Positions 8,453-17,173 of a DNA stretch of 64,000 nt are shown here, piece by piece. The stretch's first letter is position 1. The number at the start of each line of letters is the position of its first letter. The DNA is from an uncultured Candidatus Saccharibacteria bacterium (GTDB lineage: Bacteria > Patescibacteriota > Minisyncoccia > Phycocordibacterales > UBA9973), in contig CAZQSY010000003.1 in the NCBI GenBank assembly GCA_964596395.1, forward strand, positions 25,678-89,677, given 5' to 3'. The notes below the pieces were generated by a model that worked only from the letters and a program-made list of their open reading frames with translations, searched no databases and was not told the origin of the DNA. The translations under genes were made by a program, and so were the position numbers.

Positions 8453-9559
8453 GTGCTAAAATTAACAGCACGAATGTGCAGGCAATTTTTCAGGGCACAA
8501 AATTTTTTGCTTGTTCTCCTTTTGTCGGGGGTCTGGTTTATCTTTGCGGGAACAAGTATCCGCTCTTCCGCGCAAGAGACAAGCACGGTCAGCACCGACA
8601 CCGCTGAAATAATTCCGCAGGACGAGACGCCCGCAAGCGCGGAAGAAAATCCTCCTCCAGATGAGACGAGTGCCGTAAGCGGCGATAATGCTGAACCAAT
8701 CCCGCAAAATGAAACACCTGTGACTGTGGAAGAAAATCTTTCCCCCTCTAATGAGACAAACACAACAACAAGTGGTGTTGGTACCGAACCAATCCCGCAA
8801 AATGAAACACCTGTGACTGTGGAAGAAACCGCCGTAGAGAATCCGGAGGAAACAATTTCCCCGACAACTCTTCCGCCAGAAGAAAACCCGATACCGGAAA
8901 CACCCGAAGAAGAAGCCGGCGCGGCTGATGTCCCGGGAGAACTGCCTCCCGAATCACTGCCTCCCGAATCAGACACAAACATTGTCCCGGCAGAAGAAAC
9001 AACAGAGACAGGCGCTCCCGCGGATACCGGGGGTGAAGAAACAGCCGCACCGGCAACCGAAGATCTCGAAGGAATCTTCACCGAGGAAGAACCAGAAGCG
9101 GCGCTTCCTGAAGAACTGGCGGAAGAGGTCTTACCCGAAGCACTTGTCGAGGAGCCCCCTTTCATAGCTCCTCTCGTACAGAGATTAAAAGATAGAAGAT
9201 TAGACAGGGAAATAAAAATCGACAGCGGCGCTTCTCATAAATGCGAAGTTATTGATTTTAATCTTGATGTCTCGAACCAAGACCTGGCAGTAGCCGAAAT
9301 GATACTGGACGGCGATCGGGAAAATTTTTCAAAAGAAGAACTGGAAATCGGCAACTTGCCGCCCGGCATAGATATGACGTTTTTGGGAAGCGGAGGATAC
9401 AAGTACTCGCCGACTAAAGACGAAAATTCTCTATATCTGCAGGTAACCAAAGAAGAAAACACGCTCGAGGGAAATTTTAATCTGTCAATAATATACACCG
9501 GAACAAAGGAAAACAGCGACTCGATAACTTTGTGTCAAATAAATGTGATAAATCTTTGA
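8453..9559 (+). CDS. secreted acidic low-complexity protein with an internal tandem repeat and a C-terminal globular domain
   Basis: N-terminal hydrophobic signal/anchor (FLLVLLLSGVWFIFAGTSIRSSAQE). A long E/P/T-rich region contains the duplicated peptide EPIPQNETPVTVEE. The non-repetitive C-terminal ~130 aa favours this strand over the overlapping antisense ORF. Confidence 0.55.
   Translation: MLKLTARMCRQFFRAQNFLLVLLLSGVWFIFAGTSIRSSAQETSTVSTDTAEIIPQDETPASAEENPPPDETSAVSGDNAEPIPQNETPVTVEENLSPSNETNTTTSGVGTEPIPQNETPVTVEETAVENPEETISPTTLPPEENPIPETPEEEAGAADVPGELPPESLPPESDTNIVPAEETTETGAPADTGGEETAAPATEDLEGIFTEEEPEAALPEELAEEVLPEALVEEPPFIAPLVQRLKDRRLDREIKIDSGASHKCEVIDFNLDVSNQDLAVAEMILDGDRENFSKEELEIGNLPPGIDMTFLGSGGYKYSPTKDENSLYLQVTKEENTLEGNFNLSIIYTGTKENSDSITLCQINVINL
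8693..8735 (+). repeat. 43-bp perfect direct repeat, copy 1 (GAACCAATCCCGCAAAATGAAACACCTGTGACTGTGGAAGAAA)
   Basis: Identical to 8786-8828. It encodes the duplicated peptide EPIPQNETPVTVEE in the acidic protein. Confidence 0.9.
8786..8828 (+). repeat. 43-bp perfect direct repeat, copy 2
   Basis: Identical to 8693-8735. Confidence 0.9.
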
Positions 9560-9565
9560 GTAAAA

Positions 9566-11344
9566 ATGAAAGGTAAAAAAAAATTATTTCTGAAAATATT
9601 TCTACTCGTGATTTCTTTTTCCTGCCTTTTCCTGGTTCCGAAAAAATCCGAAGCAGTCATAGCGACCAGCGGCTCGGCACAGCTCAAGACCATAACCACT
9701 GGCGACACGCTGGTTTTTGATTCTTGGACGCCAACGGCAAACATACTGACAATAGTAATGATAGCTCAAAGAGACGAATCTATTTCCGCCACTATTTCCG
9801 GCAACAACTTGACTTGGACGCAAATCCGCGACAAGGATTGCGGACGCGCGCAGTGCGGCGTGGTGGTATGGAAAGGCACCGGGGCAAGTCCGTCTACCGG
9901 CACAACGACGGTTACCATAACCGGCAACTTAAAGCCCGTGTCCGGCATTATCCAGCAATTCAGCGGTGTTGACGCGACCACGCCGGTCGAGGCAGATAAT
10001 GTTGATTCGCATGGCTCGACCGACGACGACGACATGCTGGCCTCGGTGACAACAGTAACCTCGGGCGCTTGGGCGGTAGCCTTCGGCACAAGCCGGGGTA
10101 CAAACGCATTCACTACTCCCGGCGGAGAAAACACAATCAGCATAAACCAAATAGCCGGGTCTGGCGGTGATTTGATAAGGGCGCATATGTGGTATGAGGG
10201 GCCAGTATCCACACCCGCTTCAACCCAGCTCGGCGCATTAAACGACCTCTCGGGAGCATCCGACTGGGCTGAGGTCGTCATTTCGATAAAGCCCTCCCGT
10301 TTATTCACACAATCCGCGTACCGTTTTTTCGAAAACATCGATTCAGCCACTGCCACTACCCCGATGGTGGCGCAAGATACAGCGGCCACGCTCTCGGCCG
10401 CAGGAGACGCTTTTCGCCTTAAAATGCTCTTGCACTATGACGGTCCTGATTTTCCAGCCAATGGAGAAACCTGGAAACTTCAATTCGCCGAAAAATCCGG
10501 CACCTGTGACACGGGTTTTTCGGGAGAATCATATTCAGATGTTACTGCCGCCACCGTAATAGCTTACAAAGACAATTCCACTCCGGCTGACGGCAACAAC
10601 ACGGGTGCCGACGGCGACGACCCGACGCATAGCGGCCACACCATAGTGAACGAAAATTACGAGGAATCAAACAACTTCGCAAACGCCGGTTCATACATCC
10701 CCGACGGCGCGGACGCGAAATGGGATTTTTCGCTTAAAGACAACGGTGCCACCGCAAGCACGGCCTACTGTTTTCGTGTATTAACGTCGGGCGGCTCGCA
10801 GCTTAATACTTATTCGGTGATACCGCAAATCACGACTGCTTCTTCCAGCGCGCTTACTTTCAGCATTTCCGACAACTCGGTCGGCTTCGGCACGCTCTCT
10901 ACCAGTGCCGCGCGTTACGCCACAGGGGATTTGAGCGGAAGCGCATCTGAAACACCTGCCCACACAATTATTGCGTCCACTACCGCTTCGTCCGGATATG
11001 TAATTACCGTAAACGGCTCCACACTCGCCTGCTCCGCCTGCGGGGGCGCGACTGTAAGCGCAATCGGCGGCACAGCTACCGCGTCTTCGGCGGGTACGGA
11101 ACAATTTGGCATAAACTTAGTTTACTCCGGCGGCTCGGGAACGGCATCTTCCCCTTACAACGACCAAACATCCGCTTATACTTTCGCTTTTGACACGGCA
11201 AATTTTCCCGACCAAATAGCGTCATCTTCGGGCACATCTACCGATACCACTTATTCGGTGTATTATCTTGGAAACATATCCCCCACCACCGATGCCGGGA
11301 GTTACAGCACCACGCTTACTTATATAATCACAGCCACTTTTTAA
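9566..11344 (+). CDS. large secreted T/S/G/A-rich surface protein with a WxL-like C-terminal motif
   Basis: Signal peptide MKGKKKLFLKIFLLVISFSCLFLVPKKSEA. 592 aa of beta-rich, low-charge sequence. The C-terminus '...SYSTTLTYIITATF' is shared with the next gene ('...DYTDTLTFIATANF'). Confidence 0.5.
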   Translation: MKGKKKLFLKIFLLVISFSCLFLVPKKSEAVIATSGSAQLKTITTGDTLVFDSWTPTANILTIVMIAQRDESISATISGNNLTWTQIRDKDCGRAQCGVVVWKGTGASPSTGTTTVTITGNLKPVSGIIQQFSGVDATTPVEADNVDSHGSTDDDDMLASVTTVTSGAWAVAFGTSRGTNAFTTPGGENTISINQIAGSGGDLIRAHMWYEGPVSTPASTQLGALNDLSGASDWAEVVISIKPSRLFTQSAYRFFENIDSATATTPMVAQDTAATLSAAGDAFRLKMLLHYDGPDFPANGETWKLQFAEKSGTCDTGFSGESYSDVTAATVIAYKDNSTPADGNNTGADGDDPTHSGHTIVNENYEESNNFANAGSYIPDGADAKWDFSLKDNGATASTAYCFRVLTSGGSQLNTYSVIPQITTASSSALTFSISDNSVGFGTLSTSAARYATGDLSGSASETPAHTIIASTTASSGYVITVNGSTLACSACGGATVSAIGGTATASSAGTEQFGINLVYSGGSGTASSPYNDQTSAYTFAFDTANFPDQIASSSGTSTDTTYSVYYLGNISPTTDAGSYSTTLTYIITATF

Positions 11345-11481
11345 GTACTCAAAGTTATCCACAGCCCCGCAGACAAAAATACGTTTACGCTGTTATATAA
11401 TGATATATGTTGAAGCTCGCAAGGGTGCTCATAATCAAAAGTCGCTACTTTACTAATTTATAATTTTTATGTTGCTTTTTT

Positions 11482-12657
11482 ATGAATAAAAAATCGTTTA
11501 AGTTTTGGAAGTCGTTCGTCGGCACCTGGCTCATAGCAGGTCTTTTCCTACTGACCATCGCAGGGCTCTTACCAAATAAAGCGCAAGCCGCGACACTCCT
11601 CAACATGAGCGACACTCTAAGCACTCAAAAAGCGAGCACGGTGGCGAACCACACAATCGTCTTCCGCACTCCTACCGGCGCCGCTGAAAACACCGACACC
11701 ATAACACTCACCTTCTCGGCCGACTTTACCATGAACTCGGTCGCCTTCGGCGACTTTGACCTCGCGCACTCGGCCGGTAGCCAGTCCGACTGTGCCGCCC
11801 CAACATACACAAACGAAGAAACTCTGGCAGCTAGCGCCTCGGACACCGAATGGGGTGCGGCTCTTTCCGGCCAAGTCATAACCTTCACCGCCCCGACCGA
11901 CGGCGTAGGTGCGGCAGCAATCGCGACGAATGCCTGCGTACAGATACAAATCGGTACCAATGCCACCGCGGGCGCTACCGGCGACACCCAAATCACGAAC
12001 GGCGCCGCCGATGACGATGACACGGTAGCTATCGCCGGAACCTTCGGCGATTCGGGCACTATCACGGTAGATATAATTGATGACGACCAGGTAAGCGTCT
12101 CAGCTACCGTTAACCAATCCGTGACTTTCGATATAGACGTCGGTACGGCCGGGAATGAAAACACCGACACTCCTTACGATGTGGCTTTGGGAACAATTAC
12201 CGTAACAGATACGCGCGTCTCAGGAGCGACGGACTCGGTAAACAGAATAATGATGGACTTGGATACAAACGCCACCAGCGGCGCCACAGTAACAGTTAGA
12301 AATACCAACGGCGCCAACGGTCTTGTCTCTACGGCAGTGGGAGCCGACAACATAGGCAGTGCTGACGGCGCGATAGCCGACGGCACCGAAAATTATGGTC
12401 TGTGTGTTATATCCGTAACGCAAACCACCGGAACCCTTTCAAAAGCTTCTCCTTATAACTCTGGTTCCTGCGCGGCAGACACTGAAACAAACGATATACA
12501 AGGATTAACCACTACCGGAGAAAATATTGTGACTTCTACGGCTCCGCTTGCCGGAGGCCGGGCACAAGTAGCCGTAAACGCGGCAATCAGCGGAGTCACC
12601 GTGGCCCACTCGGATTATACTGATACGCTCACCTTTATCGCTACGGCGAACTTTTAA
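11482..12657 (+). CDS. secreted surface protein, paralogous C-terminal motif (WxL-like)
   Basis: Signal peptide ...LLTIAGLLPNKAQA. 'TITVTDTRVSGATDSV' resembles the v.DtRg..GWsL region of WxL domains. The C-terminus 'YTDTLTFIATANF' resembles the terminal 'LtWtL' WxL motif, with W replaced by F/Y. Confidence 0.5.
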   Translation: MNKKSFKFWKSFVGTWLIAGLFLLTIAGLLPNKAQAATLLNMSDTLSTQKASTVANHTIVFRTPTGAAENTDTITLTFSADFTMNSVAFGDFDLAHSAGSQSDCAAPTYTNEETLAASASDTEWGAALSGQVITFTAPTDGVGAAAIATNACVQIQIGTNATAGATGDTQITNGAADDDDTVAIAGTFGDSGTITVDIIDDDQVSVSATVNQSVTFDIDVGTAGNENTDTPYDVALGTITVTDTRVSGATDSVNRIMMDLDTNATSGATVTVRNTNGANGLVSTAVGADNIGSADGAIADGTENYGLCVISVTQTTGTLSKASPYNSGSCAADTETNDIQGLTTTGENIVTSTAPLAGGRAQVAVNAAISGVTVAHSDYTDTLTFIATANF

Positions 12658-12723
12658 CCGAAAAAGAATAATTAGAACCGGCAGAAGCTCCCGAAGCTCG
12701 ACAATATCGAGAAAGAACACATT

Positions 12724-13731
12724 ATGCGAAAACTTTTTTTCATAATATTCACCCTGGCGGCACTTTTTACGGCGGGTTCTGTATCGGCGCTTACCGTATC
12801 TCCCGTACGTATAGAAATCGCGGGCGACCCGGGAACGACCCTTTCGGGTGCAATAGAGCTTTTTAACGAACAAAATAACCAGGGAGAAAAAGTTTTCTAT
12901 ACTTCTTTTGAAAATTTTGAACCATCTGGCGACACGGGAGCTCCGCGCTTCATTGGGGCAAAAGACGGTCTGGCTACCTGGATAAAATCAGAGGGTAAAG
13001 TCGTTCTCGATTCGGGTGTACGAGTCACCGTCCCTTATTCTATCGATATACCCAAAGAAGCAGAGCCGGGCGGATATTTCGCGGCAATCTTTTTCGGCAC
13101 GCAAGACCCGGGGTCCCAAGGAGAGGGCCAGGTTTCGGTGGGCGGCAAAATCGGGGTACTCATGATGCTTCGGGTTACCGGCGACATAGAAGAAAATGCC
13201 GGACTTTTGGATTTTTCAGCCAAAGAAAAAAAGAGGTTTTTCACTTCCCTGCCCGTCACTTTTACCTATAGAATAAACAACGCGGGCGGAGACAGAATTA
13301 TGCCGAGCGGGGAAATAAAAATCAAAAACACTTTTCAATTTAAAACCGCCGAGCTTCCGGCCAATAAGAACTCGGGAAACATTTTACCGGGAAGCTCCAG
13401 AAAATACGAAGTAACCTGGGGAGAAGAAACGGCAGGGACCTCTGCCGAAGAAAACGCGGAAATTTCAAAGATAAAAAAATATTGGCAGGATTTCTTAGGG
13501 AAAACAAAAAACCAGCTGAAGGCGTTTCATTTTGGATGGTATAGGGCAGAACTAGACCTATCTTGGAGCGCCGAGAAACAAACCGCCAATGCTTCTTATA
13601 GTTTCTTCATTATACCTTGGCAGATTCTCTTGTTGGCCGGTATCGTTTTGCTCATACTGCTCAATCTGGGTGGAAGAATAATAAGAAGATACAACCGATG
13701 GATTATTGCTAAGGCAAGCGCGCAAAGATGA
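12724..13731 (+). CDS. cell-surface protein with signal peptide, two beta-sandwich-like domains and a C-terminal TM anchor (DUF916/DUF3324-like architecture)
   Basis: Signal peptide ...AGSVSALTVSPVRIEI..., where 'VSPV' resembles the start of DUF916. A C-terminal TM segment IIPWQILLLAGIVLLILLNLGG is followed by the basic tail RIIRRYNRW. Same strand as, and directly after, the two WxL-like genes. Confidence 0.4.
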   Translation: MRKLFFIIFTLAALFTAGSVSALTVSPVRIEIAGDPGTTLSGAIELFNEQNNQGEKVFYTSFENFEPSGDTGAPRFIGAKDGLATWIKSEGKVVLDSGVRVTVPYSIDIPKEAEPGGYFAAIFFGTQDPGSQGEGQVSVGGKIGVLMMLRVTGDIEENAGLLDFSAKEKKRFFTSLPVTFTYRINNAGGDRIMPSGEIKIKNTFQFKTAELPANKNSGNILPGSSRKYEVTWGEETAGTSAEENAEISKIKKYWQDFLGKTKNQLKAFHFGWYRAELDLSWSAEKQTANASYSFFIIPWQILLLAGIVLLILLNLGGRIIRRYNRWIIAKASAQR

Positions 13732-14250
13732 ATGAAGCCGAGAAAGCTCAAGCAAAACATATCGGCGGCAATTCTATGCTTAAGTTTGGGATTCTTCGCC
13801 TTTTCTCTCGTTAGCCGAGCGGATATAGACGTGCAAGTAACCGCTACTGTAGAGGGTTGCGGGGATGGCGCTATCGGGGCAGGAGAAGAATGTGATGGTG
13901 CAAACCTAAATGGCGCTTCATGTGTTTCGCAGGGATTTGACGGTGGCACCCTCTCCTGCGGAACTTTCTGTCTCTTTAATACCACCTCCTGTACTCTGGG
14001 CGGAGGAGGCGGAGGCGGGGGTATTCGCACGCCTATAAGAGAAACCGATACTGAGTCGCCAAAATGCGGCATCGCCGATTTTAACTGCGACACCAGGGTG
14101 GATATTCTCGACTTCAGCATTCTGCTCTATTATGAAAGTTCCGGCGCTGGAAGCACATTATATGAAGAACACGACCTTTCCGGCGACCAGAAAATAAATA
14201 TGGTCGATATATCTATAATGTTCTATTACTGGACCAACACCGAAGTATAA
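13732..14250 (+). CDS. secreted protein with a Cys-rich repeat (myxococcal CGDG...EECD type), a poly-Gly linker and a C-terminal dockerin domain
   Basis: Signal peptide. 'CGDGAIGAGEECDGANLNGASC' is the Cys-rich repeat. GGGGGGGG is the linker. Two 12-residue Ca-binding loops match the dockerin consensus D-x-[ND]-x-D-x-x-[VI]-[ND]-x-x-D: DFNCDTRVDILD (+FSILLYY) and DLSGDQKINMVD (+ISIMFYY). Confidence 0.6.
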   Translation: MKPRKLKQNISAAILCLSLGFFAFSLVSRADIDVQVTATVEGCGDGAIGAGEECDGANLNGASCVSQGFDGGTLSCGTFCLFNTTSCTLGGGGGGGGIRTPIRETDTESPKCGIADFNCDTRVDILDFSILLYYESSGAGSTLYEEHDLSGDQKINMVDISIMFYYWTNTEV

Positions 14251-14259
14251 AATTTTTAA

Positions 14260-15159
14260 ATGGTAAAAGACAAACACGCATTAAAATATAAAAAATGGCC
14301 AGCGGTGATTCTGATTCTGGCGGTTTTTGCGGTTTTTGGAAAGACGTTTGCCGAAAGTCCGTCCATCAACCAAATTTACCTAGAGGGTCCGGTTTCAGTT
14401 ATGGCTCCAGGGTCAGAATTTGCGGTAAGCGTTTACGCCCAAACAAAAAGCCCGATAAATGCCTTTGAGGTTGAACTCGAATATCCGAGAGAAAATCTAC
14501 GCTTTTTAAATTACGACAACGCCGGCTCGATTGCCGATATCTGGCAAACGGAACCATCCCCCGCGAAAGACGGAAAAATCAAAATGACGGGCGGAATCAT
14601 CGGAGCTTTTCGGGGAGAGGAAGGACTTGTAGCAAAATTACACTTCAGAGCCGTCAAAAGCGGCCTAGCTCGATTCTCCGTTGTTAAAAAAAATTTCTAC
14701 TTGGCTGACGGTAGGGGTACGGAGGTAGAAGCTGCGACAAATAATTTCTCTGTGAACATCGCGGGGGGAGCAAGTGTACCGTTCTTATTCCTTCCTCCGC
14801 CTCCAAAAGACAACACTCCGCCCAATCTTTATTTGGAAGTAGTCAAGAATCCGCCCGGCAGTCCCCCCTTGGTAACATTTTACGCCGCCGATAAAGAATC
14901 GGGCATAAAAAACACGGAAATGCGTTTCAAAAATTGGCTCAACTTCACGGAATGGCAAAAAGTCAAAAGTCCCGCCCTGTACCCTTCCGGGGCATGGTAT
15001 CTTGAAATCAAGGCCACAAACGGAGCCGGAAAAGAAACGACAGAAAACTTCTTATCTATTGAGAATCTGACTTTAAAAATAGCCAAGGTATTCTTCGCCT
15101 CCACAATCTTGGCCGTCTTGGTGAATGCGTTGTATAATAAATTTAGGCGGAAAAAATAA
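14260..15159 (+). CDS. membrane-anchored cohesin-domain protein
   Basis: N-terminal TM/signal (WPAVILILAVFAVFG). A cohesin-like segment '...EFAVSVYAQTKSPINAFEVELEYPRENLRFLNYDNAGSIADIWQ...DGKIKMTGG...GLVAKLHFRAVKSGLARFSV' matches the cohesin pattern (source strands, then 'v.l.yDp..L..v....G.l', then 'g.i.f.g', then 'tl..i.Fk.'). C-terminal TM IAKVFFASTILAVLVNALY. Confidence 0.55.
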   Translation: MVKDKHALKYKKWPAVILILAVFAVFGKTFAESPSINQIYLEGPVSVMAPGSEFAVSVYAQTKSPINAFEVELEYPRENLRFLNYDNAGSIADIWQTEPSPAKDGKIKMTGGIIGAFRGEEGLVAKLHFRAVKSGLARFSVVKKNFYLADGRGTEVEAATNNFSVNIAGGASVPFLFLPPPPKDNTPPNLYLEVVKNPPGSPPLVTFYAADKESGIKNTEMRFKNWLNFTEWQKVKSPALYPSGAWYLEIKATNGAGKETTENFLSIENLTLKIAKVFFASTILAVLVNALYNKFRRKK

Positions 15160-15163
15160 ACAC

Positions 15164-17173
15164 ATGAAACGCTTCACTTTTTTTATTGTTTCTCTTGTTT
15201 TTCTGGCTCTGCCGGGGATAAGCAAAGCGGCAACTTTGTTGCTTTCTCCGCAAGTCGGCAATTTTTCTGTCGGCTCCACTTTCAATGTCTCAATACTTTT
15301 AGATACCAAGGGTCAATCGGTAAACGCCCTGGAAGTTTCGCTTTCCTTTCCCCCCGACATGCTCCAAGTTATATCGCCGTCAACCGGCCGCTCCATAATA
15401 GAGGTCTGGACGGCTAGTCCGAAATTTGACAACAAAAGCGGCAAAATAGAACTCAGGGGCGGCATCCCGGGGGGCATAAGTGCTTCGAGCGCCCTCGTTT
15501 CTACCGTAACTTTCAGGGTTAAGTCCGTAGGAGAAAGCGCGATTAAGTTCTTAGATAACTCAAAGGTGCTACTCAACGACGGCCTAGGCACCAATGTTTT
15601 GAATCAGACGGTAAATGGGGTCTACGGTTTTAATCTTCCGCCTCCAGCCGGTCCAACTGTGGTTTCAGACACTAATCCCGACCAGGCAACATGGTATTCA
15701 AGCAAAACGGTCTCTTTAAAATTCATAAGCCAAGGTGGGGGCACGGAAGACGGATACAGTTACATACTCTCAGACAATCCCACCACTATCCCAGACGACA
15801 TAAGCGAAGGTAAGAAAAATTCAGTTTCCTACACGAACCTCACCGACGGTACGCATTATTTCCACGTCAAAGCCATGCGGGCGGGAAGCTGGGGAGGAAC
15901 GACTCATTTCGCGATTAAAATTGATTCTACTCCGCCGGCTGATTTCAAAATTGACATCGCCCCTTCAGCCCGCACCTCCACCCGCCAGCCGATTATCCAA
16001 TTCTTGACGACCGATACCCTGTCGGGAATCGAGAGTTATGATTTAAAAATAGTACCCTTGTCCGCCTATGGAAACAAAACCAGCGCCGGCGAATTTTTCA
16101 TTGAAGCAGAAAGCCCTTATTTCCCGCAAACCCTATCCGTCGGCAATTACGACGTGATTGTCCGCGCTTATGACAAATCCGGCAATTTCAGGGAGGTGAC
16201 AAAACGCCTGCAGGTGGTAGCTCCCGTTTTCTCTTTTATCTCCGCCGACGGAATAAAAATCTGGAGCATTTTAATCCCGTGGATTTATGTTTGGATTTTC
16301 CTTTTCTTGTGTATCATCGCCTTGGCGTACCTGGCTCACCGCACTAGACGCTGGCGGCACACGGTGCACTCCGCGCAAACCGAAGGCAAATTGCCGGAAG
16401 ACGTGCAAAGAGAACTCGAAGAGCTCAAGAAATACAGGGAAAAATACGGCACAGCTGTTTTGGTGCTGGCTTTGATTTTATCTTTGACACTCATCTTCCC
16501 CGGCCTGACCGAGGCCCAGACCCCCCAAATCGCTCCGCCACTCATCCAAAGCATTTCTAAAAATATTTCCAACGAAGAAATATTTTACGTCGGCGGAAAA
16601 ACGGATTTTGCCGACGAGAAGGTAATCATCTATCTGCAAAACCTGCAAACCGGCGAAACCTTCAGCCAATACATCGAAAGCGACAGTAAAGGCGACTGGT
16701 TCTATCGGCATGGCGGCTTTCTGTCTCCAGGAAACTATCTTTTGTGGACGCAGGGAAAAATAGGCGAAGAACTCTCCCCTCCCAGCCCTCAAGCCAAAAT
16801 GACGGTGAGCAGGACAGCGGTAGAATTCGGTAGCGGTCGACTTAGCTACGAGATGATTTACCTACTGATAGTGATTTTGCTCTCGGTGTGCCTGTTGGGG
16901 TTGGGTATTTATATAATTTTCCATCTCTATCACGGAAAGAAAAAGCACGCTGAACTAAAAAAGGACATCATGGAAGCAGAAGAATCTATAAAGCGGGGTT
17001 TTGCGGTGCTAAAAAGAGACATAGAAGCCGAACTCAGACTCATAAACAAAATGAAGTTATCATCCGCTATGTCTGCTGAAGAGAAGATTAGAGAAAACCA
17101 GCTTTTGTCAGACCTGGAAAACATCCAGCAAAAAATCGGCCAAGAAATCTGGGAAATTAGCGAAGAGGCCTAG
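15164..17173 (+). CDS. multi-domain membrane protein: signal peptide, cohesin domain, Ig/FN3-like domains, 3 TM segments, C-terminal coiled coil
   Basis: Likely start is MKRF at 15164. Cohesin-like 'FNVSILLDTKGQSVNALEVSLSFPPDMLQVISPSTGRSIIEVWTASPKFDNKSGKIELRGG...ALVSTVTFRVKSVGESAIKF'. 'DGTHYFHVKA' marks the Ig-like domains. TM helices lie at approximately residues 385-410, 450-470 and 555-580. C-terminal EELKKYREKYG and KDIMEAEESIKRGFAVLKRDIEAEL are coiled coil. Confidence 0.55.
   Translation: MKRFTFFIVSLVFLALPGISKAATLLLSPQVGNFSVGSTFNVSILLDTKGQSVNALEVSLSFPPDMLQVISPSTGRSIIEVWTASPKFDNKSGKIELRGGIPGGISASSALVSTVTFRVKSVGESAIKFLDNSKVLLNDGLGTNVLNQTVNGVYGFNLPPPAGPTVVSDTNPDQATWYSSKTVSLKFISQGGGTEDGYSYILSDNPTTIPDDISEGKKNSVSYTNLTDGTHYFHVKAMRAGSWGGTTHFAIKIDSTPPADFKIDIAPSARTSTRQPIIQFLTTDTLSGIESYDLKIVPLSAYGNKTSAGEFFIEAESPYFPQTLSVGNYDVIVRAYDKSGNFREVTKRLQVVAPVFSFISADGIKIWSILIPWIYVWIFLFLCIIALAYLAHRTRRWRHTVHSAQTEGKLPEDVQRELEELKKYREKYGTAVLVLALILSLTLIFPGLTEAQTPQIAPPLIQSISKNISNEEIFYVGGKTDFADEKVIIYLQNLQTGETFSQYIESDSKGDWFYRHGGFLSPGNYLLWTQGKIGEELSPPSPQAKMTVSRTAVEFGSGRLSYEMIYLLIVILLSVCLLGLGIYIIFHLYHGKKKHAELKKDIMEAEESIKRGFAVLKRDIEAELRLINKMKLSSAMSAEEKIRENQLLSDLENIQQKIGQEIWEISEEA

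Noticed and set aside
8404-9165. 253-aa Ser/Gly-rich ORF on the minus strand
   Set aside because: It is the antisense reading of the Glu/Pro/Thr-rich low-complexity region of the plus-strand secreted protein (8453-9559). The plus-strand frame has a signal peptide and a non-repetitive C-terminal domain, so the minus ORF is a low-complexity mirror artefact.
9766-12423. Minus-strand ORFs 9766-10389, 11625-12170 and 12174-12423 inside the large secreted-protein genes
   Set aside because: They are antisense to Thr/Ala/Gly-rich genes with strong signal peptides and a conserved C-terminal motif. The composition is mirror-image low complexity.
13596-14120. 174-aa minus-strand ORF with a PPPPPPPP run
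   Set aside because: This is the antisense of the GGGGGGGG linker (ggcggaggaggcggaggcggggg) of the dockerin protein. The plus-strand frame carries coherent domain signals.
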